Positions 46,957-61,531 of a stretch of DNA of 64,000 nucleotides are shown here, in pieces. The stretch lies in assembly GCF_009914755.1 (NCBI RefSeq), contig NC_060926.1. One strand, given 5' to 3'. The notes under the pieces were generated by a model. It did not search any database, was not told where the DNA came from, and saw only the letters and a list, made by a program, of their open reading frames with translations. Origin of the DNA: the human T2T-CHM13v2.0 reference genome, Homo sapiens. A program made the translations under genes and the position numbers. Positions within the stretch are counted from its first letter, which is position 1, and every line of letters begins with the position of its first letter.

Positions 46957-49693
46957 GTACTGCCCTGATAATTTGTGATCTTAACTATTTACCACCAAAT
47001 ATTACTTAACAATGAAAACAATAAATAAAAATAAAAAAACCAATTAATTCCTCAAGGTACCTCAGCAGATTGGTAATGAAATCAAGGACTAAAACCTTAG
47101 TCTTCTGTATATAAATTCAACCCTCTTTTTAGAATTTAATTGAAACACTTTGTGAACCCGATCAAACATGTAGTTTGAACAAATCTCTATACTTTAATCC
47201 AGTTTTGGTATAAATGATGTTTTTTATGTCATAAAGAGGTGACTTGTTCTGTCATTTAAAAAATCTATTGAGTATTGTTTGTTTTATTCCATTTTTTCTA
47301 TATTTTATTATATTGTGAACTCATCCATACAGACACATTCAGTGTTGAAGGTATTGAAAGAGATGAGGATTCTGCCCTCAAAGACCTTAACTTCTAAGAA
47401 AAGTTTGCAGTCTTAATTTGATTCTGCTACTTGTGTTAGGAAATAGACAAGTGTCATATTGCTATGACCTTTTCACTGCTTAAAACAGATGGAATTGTTC
47501 TTTTCACCGCAACTTTCAACAAAGTTGTATGTCCCCACTCTCAACCTTGAAACACCCTTCTTACTGTGAATCCCCAAAGATTTCTGAGACAGAGATAAAA
47601 AAGCAAAATTGTGTAGAAGGCAAATGAGGGAGACACTCAGAAAGAAACAAAAATAACTAAATCAATTGGAGCTCAGCAATCTTGCACAGCCAATACACAC
47701 ATGAGTCGTGGTACCCATTTATTATAAGATAGATGATTTGTCTTTAGTACATTCTGTGTGGTTATCCCTAGCACCAAATGTTTTGCTATTCCTATTTTAC
47801 TGAATAAGCACTCTTTGCTTAGCTTTATTTATAAGTCTAGTATTTTCTGCTCAACACTTTGTGAACAAGTAATGTCCCTCATTTTCCTGCACATGCCTGA
47901 TTTGTTCCTTATAATGCCAATGATTAGCATCATAATCCATGTTCTTTTAAGTGTATGTTGAAATAGATATGCCTATATTGTGCACCAAAGAAAAAGAAAC
48001 AACACCCAATTAGATCACAGAAATGGGTTCAAAAATCTTTGGTTCATAATGAATTGATACCACTTCGTGATCTAACATTTAAACCTTGGAAAGACTAGGT
48101 TAAAGTTTAAAATGGCAATTAAGAGAAGAGAGCAAAAGAGTGAAATTGTAGTTTTCTTCTATGAGTGTAGCAATAATGAGTAAAGGATTGAAGGATTTGT
48201 TTTAAAAAACCTGTTGCCATTTACTAATTGTGAGTTTGAAAACTGTGCCTTATTTTAAACTCTATCTTAAAATAATTTACTTGCCTGCCATAAAATGTCT
48301 GACTTATTTACATTTTAACTAAACATATCTTAGCTGGGAACTTCTGAAATCGCTGTGAACAAGGCAATGTGTCATACGTAGATTGGAAAGTTATATCTTT
48401 TAAATAAACAAAACATCTTATGTTGCCTTAGCACTGCTGCCAGAGTTTATAAAGGTGAACAATCCTGCCTTAAAAGTTAAGGACACTCTGGTGATCACTC
48501 CAAGGGTCTGTTGATTGCACTTTTTTTATATCCTTGTAAGGCTTTAGATTTCATTGGTCCATCTAGAAAATGGGATTACCTCTGACATAAGAGCTCATAT
48601 TACATAGCAATTATGCTTTATCCATAGATATTGTGCATTTAATTACTGTACAACTAGCCGAAATTCTTTATATAGTTCTCCATTTTTAAGTGTAACTCAA
48701 AGAAATATGCTCAACATAAGCAAAATTTTCTTCAAGTAAAAGAATAAAAAACAGTTGTTATTGTCCTATAAATCTAATCATGGTTTTGTTCATTATACTT
48801 CATAAAGTATTTTCAAATGCCTTATGCCATTAATGCTTACAAAATGTCTTTGAGGAAAATATGGTAGTATTGGCCATCATTATAGACACAGACTGAGTCC
48901 TAGTGTTTCAGTTATTTTTGCCTATGTTGGTAGTAAAGTTGAGATTCAACCTTGGTATTTTTACTCAGCTTAGTATTCAAAGGTGAAGTTAATCTTTGGT
49001 ACCTGTTCTCTGTGAATCAAAATATTTGCAATAAATCCACAAGCTTCAAAATGCAGTATCTTTATGTAAACTCAAGTCTTTTTAAGGCCTTTCCATTTTA
49101 AACTTCATCTATTTTCCCTGAAGAAGGTCTACTTCAACAAGCATTGGCTGTGTCCTATGCATACTAGAAATTATGCTAGGCATGATTCGTGCTAGTTCTC
49201 AAATGTTAAACAAGCTGTATCAGGATCAACTGGGCAACTGAAACAAACAAACAAACAAACAAACAAAAAACAGCAATTCCAGGCTTACTTCTGAATGAAG
49301 ACATCAGACTTCTAGGTTACAGCATGGGGATATGGGTAGTAATAAATTTCAAATGATCTGATCAAGAGCCAAGGTTGCATAAATTAAAATACATTTAAAA
49401 AGAAAATATAAAAGAAAAGAGAAAATATCTAGGTGGCAAACACTGTGGAAAGACAAGGCATATTTTGATTTGAATCACTGAAAATCACATTAAATGAGTG
49501 ATTTAGAAAAGAATGGAGGAGAGTTGTGATTCATTAATTTCTATGGCACAGTTTATTTACGGTGTTTCTTTATTTATAATACATCTCATAATCCACATAA
49601 TAGAAAACTTACTCCCAAAAAGATTTACTAAACTTTGGAAATATGGAGTACATGACATAATGGATCTTAAGTGCTTAGACCACAGAAGGCATT

Positions 49694-50379
<686 letters not shown>

Positions 50380-51568
50380 GCTTTTAATAAATTTTAGTTG
50401 CTCTGTGTTTTGTCTGATTCTCTACTTACTTCTTTATGTCACTTACAGGATTCCACACAACCCCTGTATCTGCTCAGTTTCATTTGTTGCTGAAAGGTTA
50501 TTTGCTGTAGGAAATCTGATAACTTGAAAGCTTGTTATTGGAGATGATTTGTGTATTTGGGGCTTCTAGATAAACATTCACATAAAGAGGAAGGCGGGAG
50601 AGTTTGGTGTTTTTACCTTGAAGAGTGAGTAGGCTGGGAATTTCTCACAGGTTGCCCAACTAACAATGGAGATCCTTTCAGGGTTGGATGTTTAAATGGT
50701 CTGTAAATCTATCACATGCACAACTTCCTATTGGAACTATATCTAGGTATGGACCTAGATATTCTATGTGATTGTTTCAGAGTCTGATTTTTTACTTTTT
50801 CTGTATTCTAGAAAATTAACTAATAAATATTTTAAGCTGACATTTTAAAATTGTACCTTCTTTTCCCTGTGGAAAGAACATTCATGCTTTATTATTTATG
50901 TGTCTTTCTTTCCTTCTAGCTTTCAAATTTTTCAAACATATATATCTATGCTTCTTTCTGCTGTCAACTTTAGTGATAAAAAAGAATTTTTCTCACTGCT
51001 TGTTTAAATTTTCTTCAGTGAGAATTCCACCACAGAAACAAACAAACAAAACAATTCAGGAAATACTAATGCAGTTTTTTTTTTAAGTTTAACATTATGT
51101 ATGGTTGTACATTTCCTGTTAAATTATTATCAACTTTTCATAACTGGTTCTGCCCTTCAGCCCTTGGAAGCCATTTGCAAGACATTTCTAAAACACTATG
51201 GAAGAAATCCAGTAAAGATAGACTTGTCTACCAACTTGACAGTCATTCTTTAGAAATGCCTTTGGGAGAGTATCATCCATTTTCTTCATTTTTCCCCATT
51301 GAGAAATGAGCTAAACTAATTTCTACTGCAATGTTAACTCATACTTTCATTTCATTCAGGGAACTTTTCAATTACAGTTTTACAAAGGAAAATACAATTT
51401 TACGAAGGAAAATTGTAATTTTACCTTCAGGTTTATTATCAAGAATTAACAGAAATTTTAATAGCCAGCACAGTTCTTTCCCATTACTTAACTTGTGAGT
51501 ATGAAAGGTAAAATTTCTACCAGATTTTCAGTTGCTCTTGTTTTGGTCCAATATGTTGGTATTTGCAG

Positions 51569-51763
51569 GGATGAAGAACCAGGAGGCCAGCTGGTTACAG
51601 ATAAGTTCCATATTGACTGGGATTCCGTACTCATTGACATGGATAATGTCATTGTAGCAAGATTTGATGGCAGAGGAAGTGGATTCCAGGGTCTGAAAAT
51701 TTTGCAGGAGATTCATCGAAGATTAGGTTCAGTAGAAGTAAAGGACCAAATAACAGCTGTGAA
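51569..51763 (+). CDS. DPP10: DPP10 coding exon (~20), (M)DEEPGGQLVTDKFHIDWDSVLIDMDNVIVARFDGRGSGFQGLKILQEIHRRLGSVEVKDQITAV(K), 195 nt
   Basis: tttgcag| acceptor, AA|gtaagt donor; DGRGSG motif of the S9B alpha/beta-hydrolase domain. Confidence 0.97.
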
Positions 51764-52179
51764 GTAAGTGGATGCACATTTTTCTTCTCTGTTTTCTATA
51801 ATGACAGAGTCTTGGTATATGACATATAATATTACTAACCCTGACTCAAGGCTTCTATTTTAGTGATTGAGCAATTTTGTAAGTTAATCATAAAGCCTAT
51901 TTCATTTTTTTTTTGAAGTACCTGTCACCCTTAGTGCTATAATAAAAGAATTCTCATATTTCCCCTCTGGAATTAAAATTTACTTTGGATTTATGGAAGT
52001 TGGATACATTTTAATTATACCACTATATTATTTGTTTACAGGAATCCACAATGTCTGTTGTATCCTCAGTTAATCACAATTCTTGAAGTTTCACAGATAC
52101 CATTATCACACTGGCATGAATGTGTGACCTAAGAAAGTTAGTGGGTTCTTTATAATAGCACACAGAAACCAGATATGAT

Positions 52180-52293
52180 ATTGTTCAAATGTAGATGTTG
52201 ATTCAGTAGGCCTGGAATGGGGCCCAGGCTTCTGCATTTATAACAAGCTTTCAGGTGATACCAAACTACTAGGCCATCACTTTGAGTAGCAAG
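52180..52293. mobile_element. MER5-like hAT fragment
   Basis: gattcagtaggcctggaatggggcccagg...caggtgat...cactttgagtagca. Confidence 0.75.
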
Positions 52294-52450
52294 ATTTTGG
52301 AGTATATGACCCTAATACATGAACAGAGCTACAGTTAGTAAAGCATTTCTAGTCATTAGCTATTGTTTTGTATGTATGCATGCCAACTATATATTTATAT
52401 TTGCATTTAACTCACAAAGATATAACTATTGTTTTTCGTTTTCATTGCAG

Positions 52451-52505
52451 ATTTTTGCTGAAACTGCCTTACATTGACTCCAAAAGATTAAGCATTTTTG
52501 GAAAG
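52451..52505 (+). CDS. DPP10: DPP10 coding exon (~21), (K)FLLKLPYIDSKRLSIFGK, 55 nt, ending just before the nucleophile position
   Basis: ttcattgcag| acceptor, AAG|gtaaat donor; GK replaces the GW of DPP4 GWSYG, as known for the inactive DPP6/DPP10. Confidence 0.96.
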
Positions 52506-52576
52506 GTAAATAGTAGAAATGCTGAATCTATCTTTTTATGCGTATCTATGTTATGTAATATCCTATTACACATTCA

Positions 52577-52695
52577 CAGGAGGCCAGTTGGTTACAGATA
52601 AGTTCCATATTGACTGGGATTCCATACTTATTAACATGGAAAACCTCACTGTAGCAAGATTTGATGGCAGAGGAAGTGGATTCCAGAGTCTGAAA
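52577..52695 (+). pseudogene. Partial intronic duplicate (119 bp) of DPP10 exon segment 51580-51698
   Basis: Ungapped match at offset 997 with 9 mismatches; translates GGQLVTDKFHIDWDSILINMENLTVARFDGRGSGFQSLK. Confidence 0.95.
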
Positions 52696-53344
52696 TGTAT
52701 ATATATAATATATGTATATATACATACATATATGTATTATTTGTATGTATACATATGTAATTACATGCTTCATTATATTATAATTCCTCTGTATTATCCT
52801 TTAAAAAATAACATAATTAGTATTATATACAGTCAGTCATTTATTAATTCAGTAACTATTTATTGGGCAGTTAGTTGGCACCTGGTGTCAGAAGTAGAAC
52901 AACAACAGGACAAAATGGGGCTTTGTTTTCATGAAGCTTGTGTTCCAGAGAGGGGAAACAGTAAAGAGGTAAATGAAAAACACAATTTCATATAGTAATA
53001 AGCCTCATAAAGAAAACAAAGAAAAACTGATACATAAAAGCTAACTGCAGAAGCGCGGCCAGTGTCATTAGATTGAGTGGTCAATTTAGGACTCTCTGAT
53101 GAGGTTATATTTAAACCTATACCTAAATAACAAATGGACGCTGGTCAAATAAATCTCTTGAAGCAGAATATTCTCCACAGAAAAAAACTAGCAAGTATCG
53201 CAATCTTAGGAAAACAGACACAGGCTTAGAAACTAGGAAATGACCAGTGTGCATAATTACGTCATCTGTGCTCTCTGCACGATATTTACTTATTGCAGTA
53301 ACTGTTATGTCAGGTTCAACATTATTTTGACAGTGGGAAAATAG

Positions 53345-53689
<345 letters not shown>

Positions 53690-53707
53690 TATTGAGCTTG
53701 TTTTTAA

Positions 53708-54040
<333 letters not shown>

Positions 54041-54529
54041 GATGAAAGGAAAAGGGGGACCTTGAACTATTTTAGTTTACAAATAAAGCAAATTCTTGGT
54101 GTTCATGGATTTAAACATATGATATTTTCTACTATTCATAAGTAACCTAGAGATCCATGACATAAAATAACTGGTAAGTTTAATTGGGGCGTAAATTTTA
54201 GTGGTACATACTGACAGGTGGGTGTATAAAAAACCACTTAAGAAATGAGTAAAATACAAATCAGTGCAAATCACGACCATCCTCTCTCCACTTCAAACAT
54301 CTGCAGTGTATCATGCCTTTGCAGCATTCTACACTTGTTGTCAGCAATATTCAACAGATAAGTAAAAATATTTTGTGAGCATTGCTCCTCCAACATAACA
54401 CAAAGAAGTAAATAACTGAAAGTGCATCCCTAGTAGTAAAGGTTAGTTTTTTGTTTTTTTTTTAAAGGAAAACATCTAAGAAAGTGATCATCCCAAAGAA
54501 ATGGAAACCCTAGATATATTAAAAAGTGA

Positions 54530-55107
54530 AATGAAATCCTGTCTCAGACTGCAGCACTGTTAAGCCTTAGGGACATTGTGCTAGGTGAAGATAGCCAGTC
54601 ACAGAAGGACAAATACTGTATAATTCTACTTATTACATGAGGTGTCTAGAGTGGTTGAGTTCATGAAAAAAAAGAGTGAAATGGTTGTTGCCAGGATTTG
54701 AGGGGAGAGGAAAAAGGGAAGCTGGTTTTTAATGGATATATAATAATGGCAAGAATGTAAACTAGTAAAGTAAAAAACAAAGATAAATAGAGAACAACCA
54801 AGCCAGAAAATACAGTTCATTGAAAAAAAAGAGAGGGATGGAGGGGTGACAAAAAGGGAGAGCAAGAGCAGTAAAGGAAGAATGTGAGTGCAAATGAGAG
54901 CAAGGTGCTCTTTAGTGATTAGCCATTTTATGAGCCCATCAGTTTCTTATTAGGGTTCTTGGAATTTTTGTCTAGTTTCATATTTGCAAGATGAAAAAGT
55001 TCTGGAAATCTGTTTCACAGAAACAAATATATACCTGACACTACGAAACTGTGTGTTTAAAAGTAGTTAATAGAGTAAATTTTATATGTTTTACCACATA
55101 CAAAAAA
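54530..55107 (+). mobile_element. L1MA/L1MB 3' end interrupted by a ~236-bp templated insertion
   Basis: agccagtcacagaaggacaaatactg ... aatggatata [insert] agtttca..tttgcaagatgaaaaagttctgg ... ttaccaca. Confidence 0.82.
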
Positions 55108-56484
55108 GTACATGCAGTAGGGAATATTTTACTCCTTAAAAGTCCTGATACATGTAATAATTTACAAATGGCTTAGGGCCTATGTATTTCAATGCTCTGC
55201 TTACTGTACACATAAATAAGCATAAAGGACCAAATAAGCTTTTACAAACATTCATGGAAATTTAGAGAAGATTCAAAGGGTTGTAAAATGCCTCATGGAA
55301 AAGGGCAACATGAGCTGAGTGGTGATCAGCAGGTAGAGGGGAAGGAAAAGAGTCTCATGCAAATGCACAGTGTCAGTGAAGGGAGCATGTGTGGAGAACA
55401 TGAAATGAAGTAGTTGACTGTTATTAGAAGAATGATAGGCAATAAGAATGAGAGGAAGACTGGGCCGAGACGATAGAGGATCTTCATTGCCACTGAGAAA
55501 TTAGAAGCTCAGCATATAAACCATGGAAAAATAACACTCTAGGCTTCACATTTAGAAGTTCAAATTCTTTTTCCCCAAATCGTCATTGTATACTTGATGT
55601 GCCTCAGAGCAAATGACTCTGGAAAACTAAAAGAGTGACATAGGATACAAACAAGTAAAAATATGAATGACTTCATCTTAAATGGAAAAAATATTCCAGG
55701 TCAAACAAATATGCATATCTGTGACTGAGTTATAAATTAAAAGTTGACTTTCTCACCATGTAAAATACACTGTTTATCCTAAGATTCCGTAGACCTTGCG
55801 ATTCTTTTTTCTTGAAATGCACTGATTTCAGATTCAAATTAGGTTATGCTAACCTCATAAAACGGGTTGGAAAACAATGTTCTTGCTATACTGATTCCCT
55901 GGAAAAATTTGTTTAAAATTGGAACTAGACTATAAAGAAATTTGGAGCTATTGCTTTCTGTGTGGGATTAAACATTTAATTAGTTTTTAAATTTATGTAA
56001 CCAATAGAAGACTATTAAGATTTTGTTTAATTTCTTCTGAGGTCACCTTTAGTACTTTGAAAAGAATATTTTTTCACTTCATATAACTTTTCAAGAATAT
56101 ATACAAACAGCAATATATAATATCCTCTTATTATATGCTTAATCATTTCACTTGTGGCAGTAATATCCCATTTTGATTTCTATTATGACTTACTAGTGCC
56201 TTCTTGCTTTTGCTAGGGCACTCTCTTGCTCTCATTTGCACTCGTGTTCTTCCTTTATTGCTCTTGCTCTCCCTTTTTGTCTCTCCTCCATCCCTCTTTT
56301 TTTTGTTCAGTGAACTGTATTTTCTGGCTGGTTGTTCTCTATTTATCTTTGATTTTACTTTGCTAGTTTACCTTCTTGCCATTATTATTTTTCTTCTACT
56401 TTTTATATACATTTTTTCATCAATTATTAAGTTGAATGTCTAGCTTATTAATTTTTCATTCTTTCTTTCAAATACAAGCACTTA

Positions 56485-56785
<301 letters not shown>

Positions 56786-57194
56786 AATATAAGCATTTAA
56801 ATTAAAAATCCTTTTGAGATGCTCTCTGAGGTATTTTTCACTACTACAGAGTACTTTTATTACCATATAGTGAAAATATCTATTTGTCAGGATAAGTCTA
56901 TGTCTTCTGAACTTTTCTTATTATTTTTATGTCAAATTGAATGAAATAATTTTTTGGTACTTTTCTGTAACTTACTGACTATAATTGAACTGTGGCCAAA
57001 GAATTGATCAGGATAACAAAAATACTTTGAAATATCAATTGATTTATGAGTTAGGGAGGGAATCATTGTTTTATCTTTATCAATTATTTAATTTTGTGTA
57101 ATTAATTTTCTTATTTTACTTGATCCTGATTAGCCATTTTATGAGCCTATCAGTTTCTTATTAGAGTTCTTGGAATTTTTGTTTAGTGAATTGA

Positions 57195-57567
57195 TTTTTT
57201 TTTCTTTTTTTTTTTTATTTCAACAGAGGTTTGAGGACTAGGTGGTGTTTACTTACATGAATAAGTTCTTTAGTGGTGATTTCTGAGATTTAGGTGCACC
57301 CATCAGCAGAGAAGTGTATTGTACCCAGTGTGTAGTCTTTCATCCCTTACCCACCTCTCACTTTTTCCCTCCAAGTCCCCAAAGTCCATTGCATCATTCT
57401 TGTGCCTTTGCATCCTCATAGCTTAGCTTCCACTTATGAGTGAGAATATATTATGTTTGGTTTTCCATTCCTGAGTTACTCCACTTAGAATAATGGTCTC
57501 CAATTCCATCCAGGTTGATGTGAATGCCATTGTTTCATTCCTTTTTATGGCTGAGTAGTATTCCATG

Positions 57568-57617
<50 letters not shown>

Positions 57618-57853
57618 CTCACAATTTCTTTATCCACTTGTTGATTGATGGGCATGTGGGCTGCTTCCATATTTTTTGCAATTATGAATTTTACTGCTAT
57701 AAACATGCATATGCAAGTATCTTTTTCATATAATGACTTCTTTTCCTCTGGGTAGATACCCAATAGTGGGATTGCTAGATCAAATGGTAGTTCTACTTTT
57801 AGTTCTTTAAGGAATCTCCACACTGTTTTCCGTAGTGGTTGTACTAGTTTACA
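57195..57853 (-). mobile_element. L1PB1-like 3' end containing a (TG)n microsatellite
   Basis: ataagttctttagtggtgatttctgagatt motif; ORF2 C-terminal peptide [24 protein letters not shown]. Confidence 0.85.
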
Positions 57854-60800
57854 TTTTTAAAACTTCCATGTGTGCCTAAAAGTGTTAGTGTTACATATAT
57901 GTCCATTTAATCAAACATATCCATTTTGATGTTCAAATAATAAACATTGATTTTCACTATGTCCTCAGGAAGGTGCATTAAAGTATCCCTTTATAATGTG
58001 AACTCATCAATTTCTCCTTATTAATTTTTCTAAGTACATTTTAAGGCTATTATTATTCAGTTCCTGCAACTACAGAATTATTATATCTTCTGGATAAATT
58101 TAATCTTTTGTTGTTTTTATTGGCCAAGTTTATCTCTATTAATTTTTTGCATTAAAGATTTTTATATTCAAATTACAATAACATCCTTTTTTCATTGATA
58201 CATGTTTATTATCAGCCTTTCCACCTTATTATTTTCAGCACTTTCCGATTGATTTAGGTATGCCCTTTAAACAAAAAGAGAGAGAGAGAAATATGTTTTT
58301 ATCTTTTTGCCAATTTCTGTATTTTTGTTGAAGATTGTATTCATTTAAATTTCTTCTAATTACTGATAAATTTAAATGTTACTGTTTTCATTATATGTGC
58401 CATTATCTGTCCTATTATATTTCTTGTGTCTTCCATTTATTTGAATTGATTATTTTTTTCTCTTTCATTCTTTTTTCTAAATATAATTTTGGTTTGTTCA
58501 ATTATATTGCTGAGAAGTATTGTATTGTATGACTATAAAATAATTTGTTTATCCATTCACCTACGGATGAACATTTGCATTGTTTTTAGTTTTGTGTATA
58601 GTTATTATAAACGTGTACGCTTGTTTTTGTGTAAACATATATTTTCATATTTATTTGTAAATACATAAGAGTAGAATTGTTAAGTCACATAGTAATTCCA
58701 TGTTTACCTGTATAAGGAATTTCCATACTCTTTTGAAAGTATTCATACTTTGTATTTTATGTTTTAGGAACCATATAGGAGAGTTTCATTTGTTCTACAT
58801 TTACGCCAACACTTAATATCATCAGTCTTTTAAAATCATCCACAACTGATGAATAGTGGGATTTATTTTATTTTCGTTTGTAGTTTACTGATAACTGATA
58901 ATACTGGACACCTTTTCATGTGTTTATTGCTTCATATAGGTATATTTTAACATAACTGATTTGTTGACCATTCAGACTGTGCAACTTACACTTTCATATT
59001 AAAATTTACTAAGTCACAGAAAGCATGTTACAACTGCAAACCTATTCCTTCCTTCCCCTTTTCATCATTTTTAATTGAGATATAATTGACATACCATGAA
59101 ATTCATCCTTATATCATATCTTAACATCAGATAGTAGTGTCTTAAAATCAAATAGTAGTAGTTCTTCCATCTTGTTCTTCTTTTTCAAAGTTCTTTTAAC
59201 TCATCTAGATGTATTACATTTCTTTATAAATTTTAGAATCACTTTGTATCTTTTCTAAAAAGAAAATACACCATAGGGATTTCTTATGTGAATTGTATCA
59301 AATCTATAAATCACCTGGCAAAGAAATAACTGACATCTAAGCAATATTGAAGCTTTCATATTTTTAAAAGATAATTTTGTTTGGTGTTCTGTTTTTTCTA
59401 GTATGTGCATAGTTATAGATATTTTTTCATTAACCATGTTTAGGTTGTATTGGGTTTTCTGAATCTATGCTTTGGTGCTTTCTGTCAATTCTAGAAAATT
59501 ATCAATTTTCTATTAGAATATTGTCATAACTTCTCATCCTCCTTAAACACTTATTAAAAATGTGTTAAAATCTCACTTTAACATGGTTATTTTATAAACT
59601 TTTCTTGGTGCCTTTTGGTATTTAATTCTGTGTCATACTTGCTTCTATAGTCCAATAATTCTCTCTTCATGTGTGACTAATGGTTTTCTATATTCATTGC
59701 TTAAATTTAAAAAAATTGTTACTAGAAGTTTCACTGAGCTTTCTATAAAAATGTTTAGCTATATTTTAACTCTTGCTTTGCTGATGTGTATTTTTAAAAA
59801 TATATTTAGCATCATTATCTGATATTTTACATCTTATTAAACAAATATCTTTTATTTTTGAGTATTGGTTTCTTTTGCCTGTTATTTCTGCTGTCTCTCA
59901 GTCATGGTGATACTTTTCCTTGTGTACTGTTTATTTACTTGTAGATGAGTTTATCTTTCTTGGAATTTTATCTATGGGGATTCTTTGATGCTTTTGTTGC
60001 ATTTGTATTTATGTATTATGTTTTATTTTTAATTGTGTATGCTGAATTGGGACCACACAAACCAAGTGTGGACTTATGGCTCAAATTTTTAGTCAATATT
60101 AATTATTTTTTATTAGCTCAGTACAAGCTCATAACAGGAATAAAAATTAAAACATCTCACCAATCTCTTTTATGCAGCATGGGCTTTTATTTTTTGTCAC
60201 ATTTAGACAATGCTTTTGGGATCTAGATTTATTTAGGGTCTCCTTTAGACCCATTGTGGATTTTGTTTACGCCATCCACCAAAGAAGGCATTAGAACGAA
60301 AGGTCAAACAAAGTCTTTAGCATGTGAATAAAACATTGGTTTCATGCTTTATTTTTCACGTTTCCAGCTTTCAGTTTGTATTTGGCTTTTGTGGATTTAT
60401 GAGATTTATTTTTAGTGTTTGGGGTTGTGCCTTTTTCTAAAGCCACCAACTTATATTTGTGTTTTATTTATTTGTTTGGTTGGTTGGTTTTACTTTGGTT
60501 TTCTTTAGTTGAGGGATCAAGTGGAGTATCTGTTTCACTTAATGCTGGAAAAGAAACTGCCATAAATATGTTGTTCTCATCAATGAGGCTGAAACAAGTC
60601 TTCCTTGTAAGATTCTAGGCTAAGTTAAATCTCAATGTAAAAAGCGATGTGATTCATTTGAGATATTTCCTCAAGGAAAGAAAAGATGATTGGCAGCTCT
60701 AGTTCTAGGAATTTGCAATTTCTAGTCAACTTCTTTTCTTTACACTCACTAATATTTGAATGAATTTCCAGGTTCTGCTTTTTCTCCTTTTGGTCTAAGA

Positions 60801-61070
60801 TTTACCATGTTTTTATGATGATATATATCTATATCTAGCTAGCTAAATAATTTCATTCATTATTATGGACTTTGCCAGCAAAAACTAAACTTACACTCTG
60901 AGATACATCATACTGATATATATACACCTCCATAAAGCCAAAATTATGAAATTTAAAAAAATGCTCAATGTTTTTGTCGTGTGTATAATTGTTTAGTTTA
61001 ATTTTTTGCTTTTGAGTATGGAAATGTTTAATAAGGAGCTGGGATTTGGCGATGGCTGTGAGGCACGTTC

Positions 61071-61531
61071 TTTTTTTATTTTTAATTTTTTTAAAATTTT
61101 ACGTTAAGTACCACGGTACACGTGCAGAATGTGCAGGTTTGTTACGTGGGTATACATGTGCCATGGTGGTTTGCTGCACTTATCAACCCGTCATCTAGGT
61201 TTTAAGCCCTGCATGCATTAGGTATTTGTCCTAATGATCTCCTTTCCCTTGCGCCCCACCCCCCAACAGGCACCAGTGTGTGATTTTCCCCTCCCTGTGT
61301 CCATGTGTTCTCATTGTTCAGCTCCCACTTATGAGTGAGAACATGCAGTGTTTGGTTTTCTGTTCTTGTGTTAGTTTGCTGAGAATGATGGCTTCCAGCT
61401 TCATCAATGTCCCTGCCAAGAACATGATCTCATTCTTTTTTATGGCCACTTCGTATTCCATGGTGTGTATATGCTACATTTTCGTTATCCAGTCTATCAT
61501 TGATGGGCATTTGGGTTGGTTCCAAATCTTT
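61071..61531 (-). mobile_element. L1PA8-like 3' fragment
   Basis: L1 3' UTR with the catctaggttttaagccctgcatgcattagg signature and T-rich tail. Confidence 0.88.

Noticed and set aside
52519-52995. 158-aa ORF containing a DPP10-like peptide, as a new gene
   Set aside because: Only the 39-codon duplicated piece is protein-like; the rest is translated TA-rich and L2 sequence
54626-54865. Paralogous hydrophobic ORFs (54626-54865 minus and 56204-56443 plus) as a small membrane-protein family
   Set aside because: The similarity comes from the inverted templated insertion; T-rich DNA yields F/L-rich frames and the starts are not ATG
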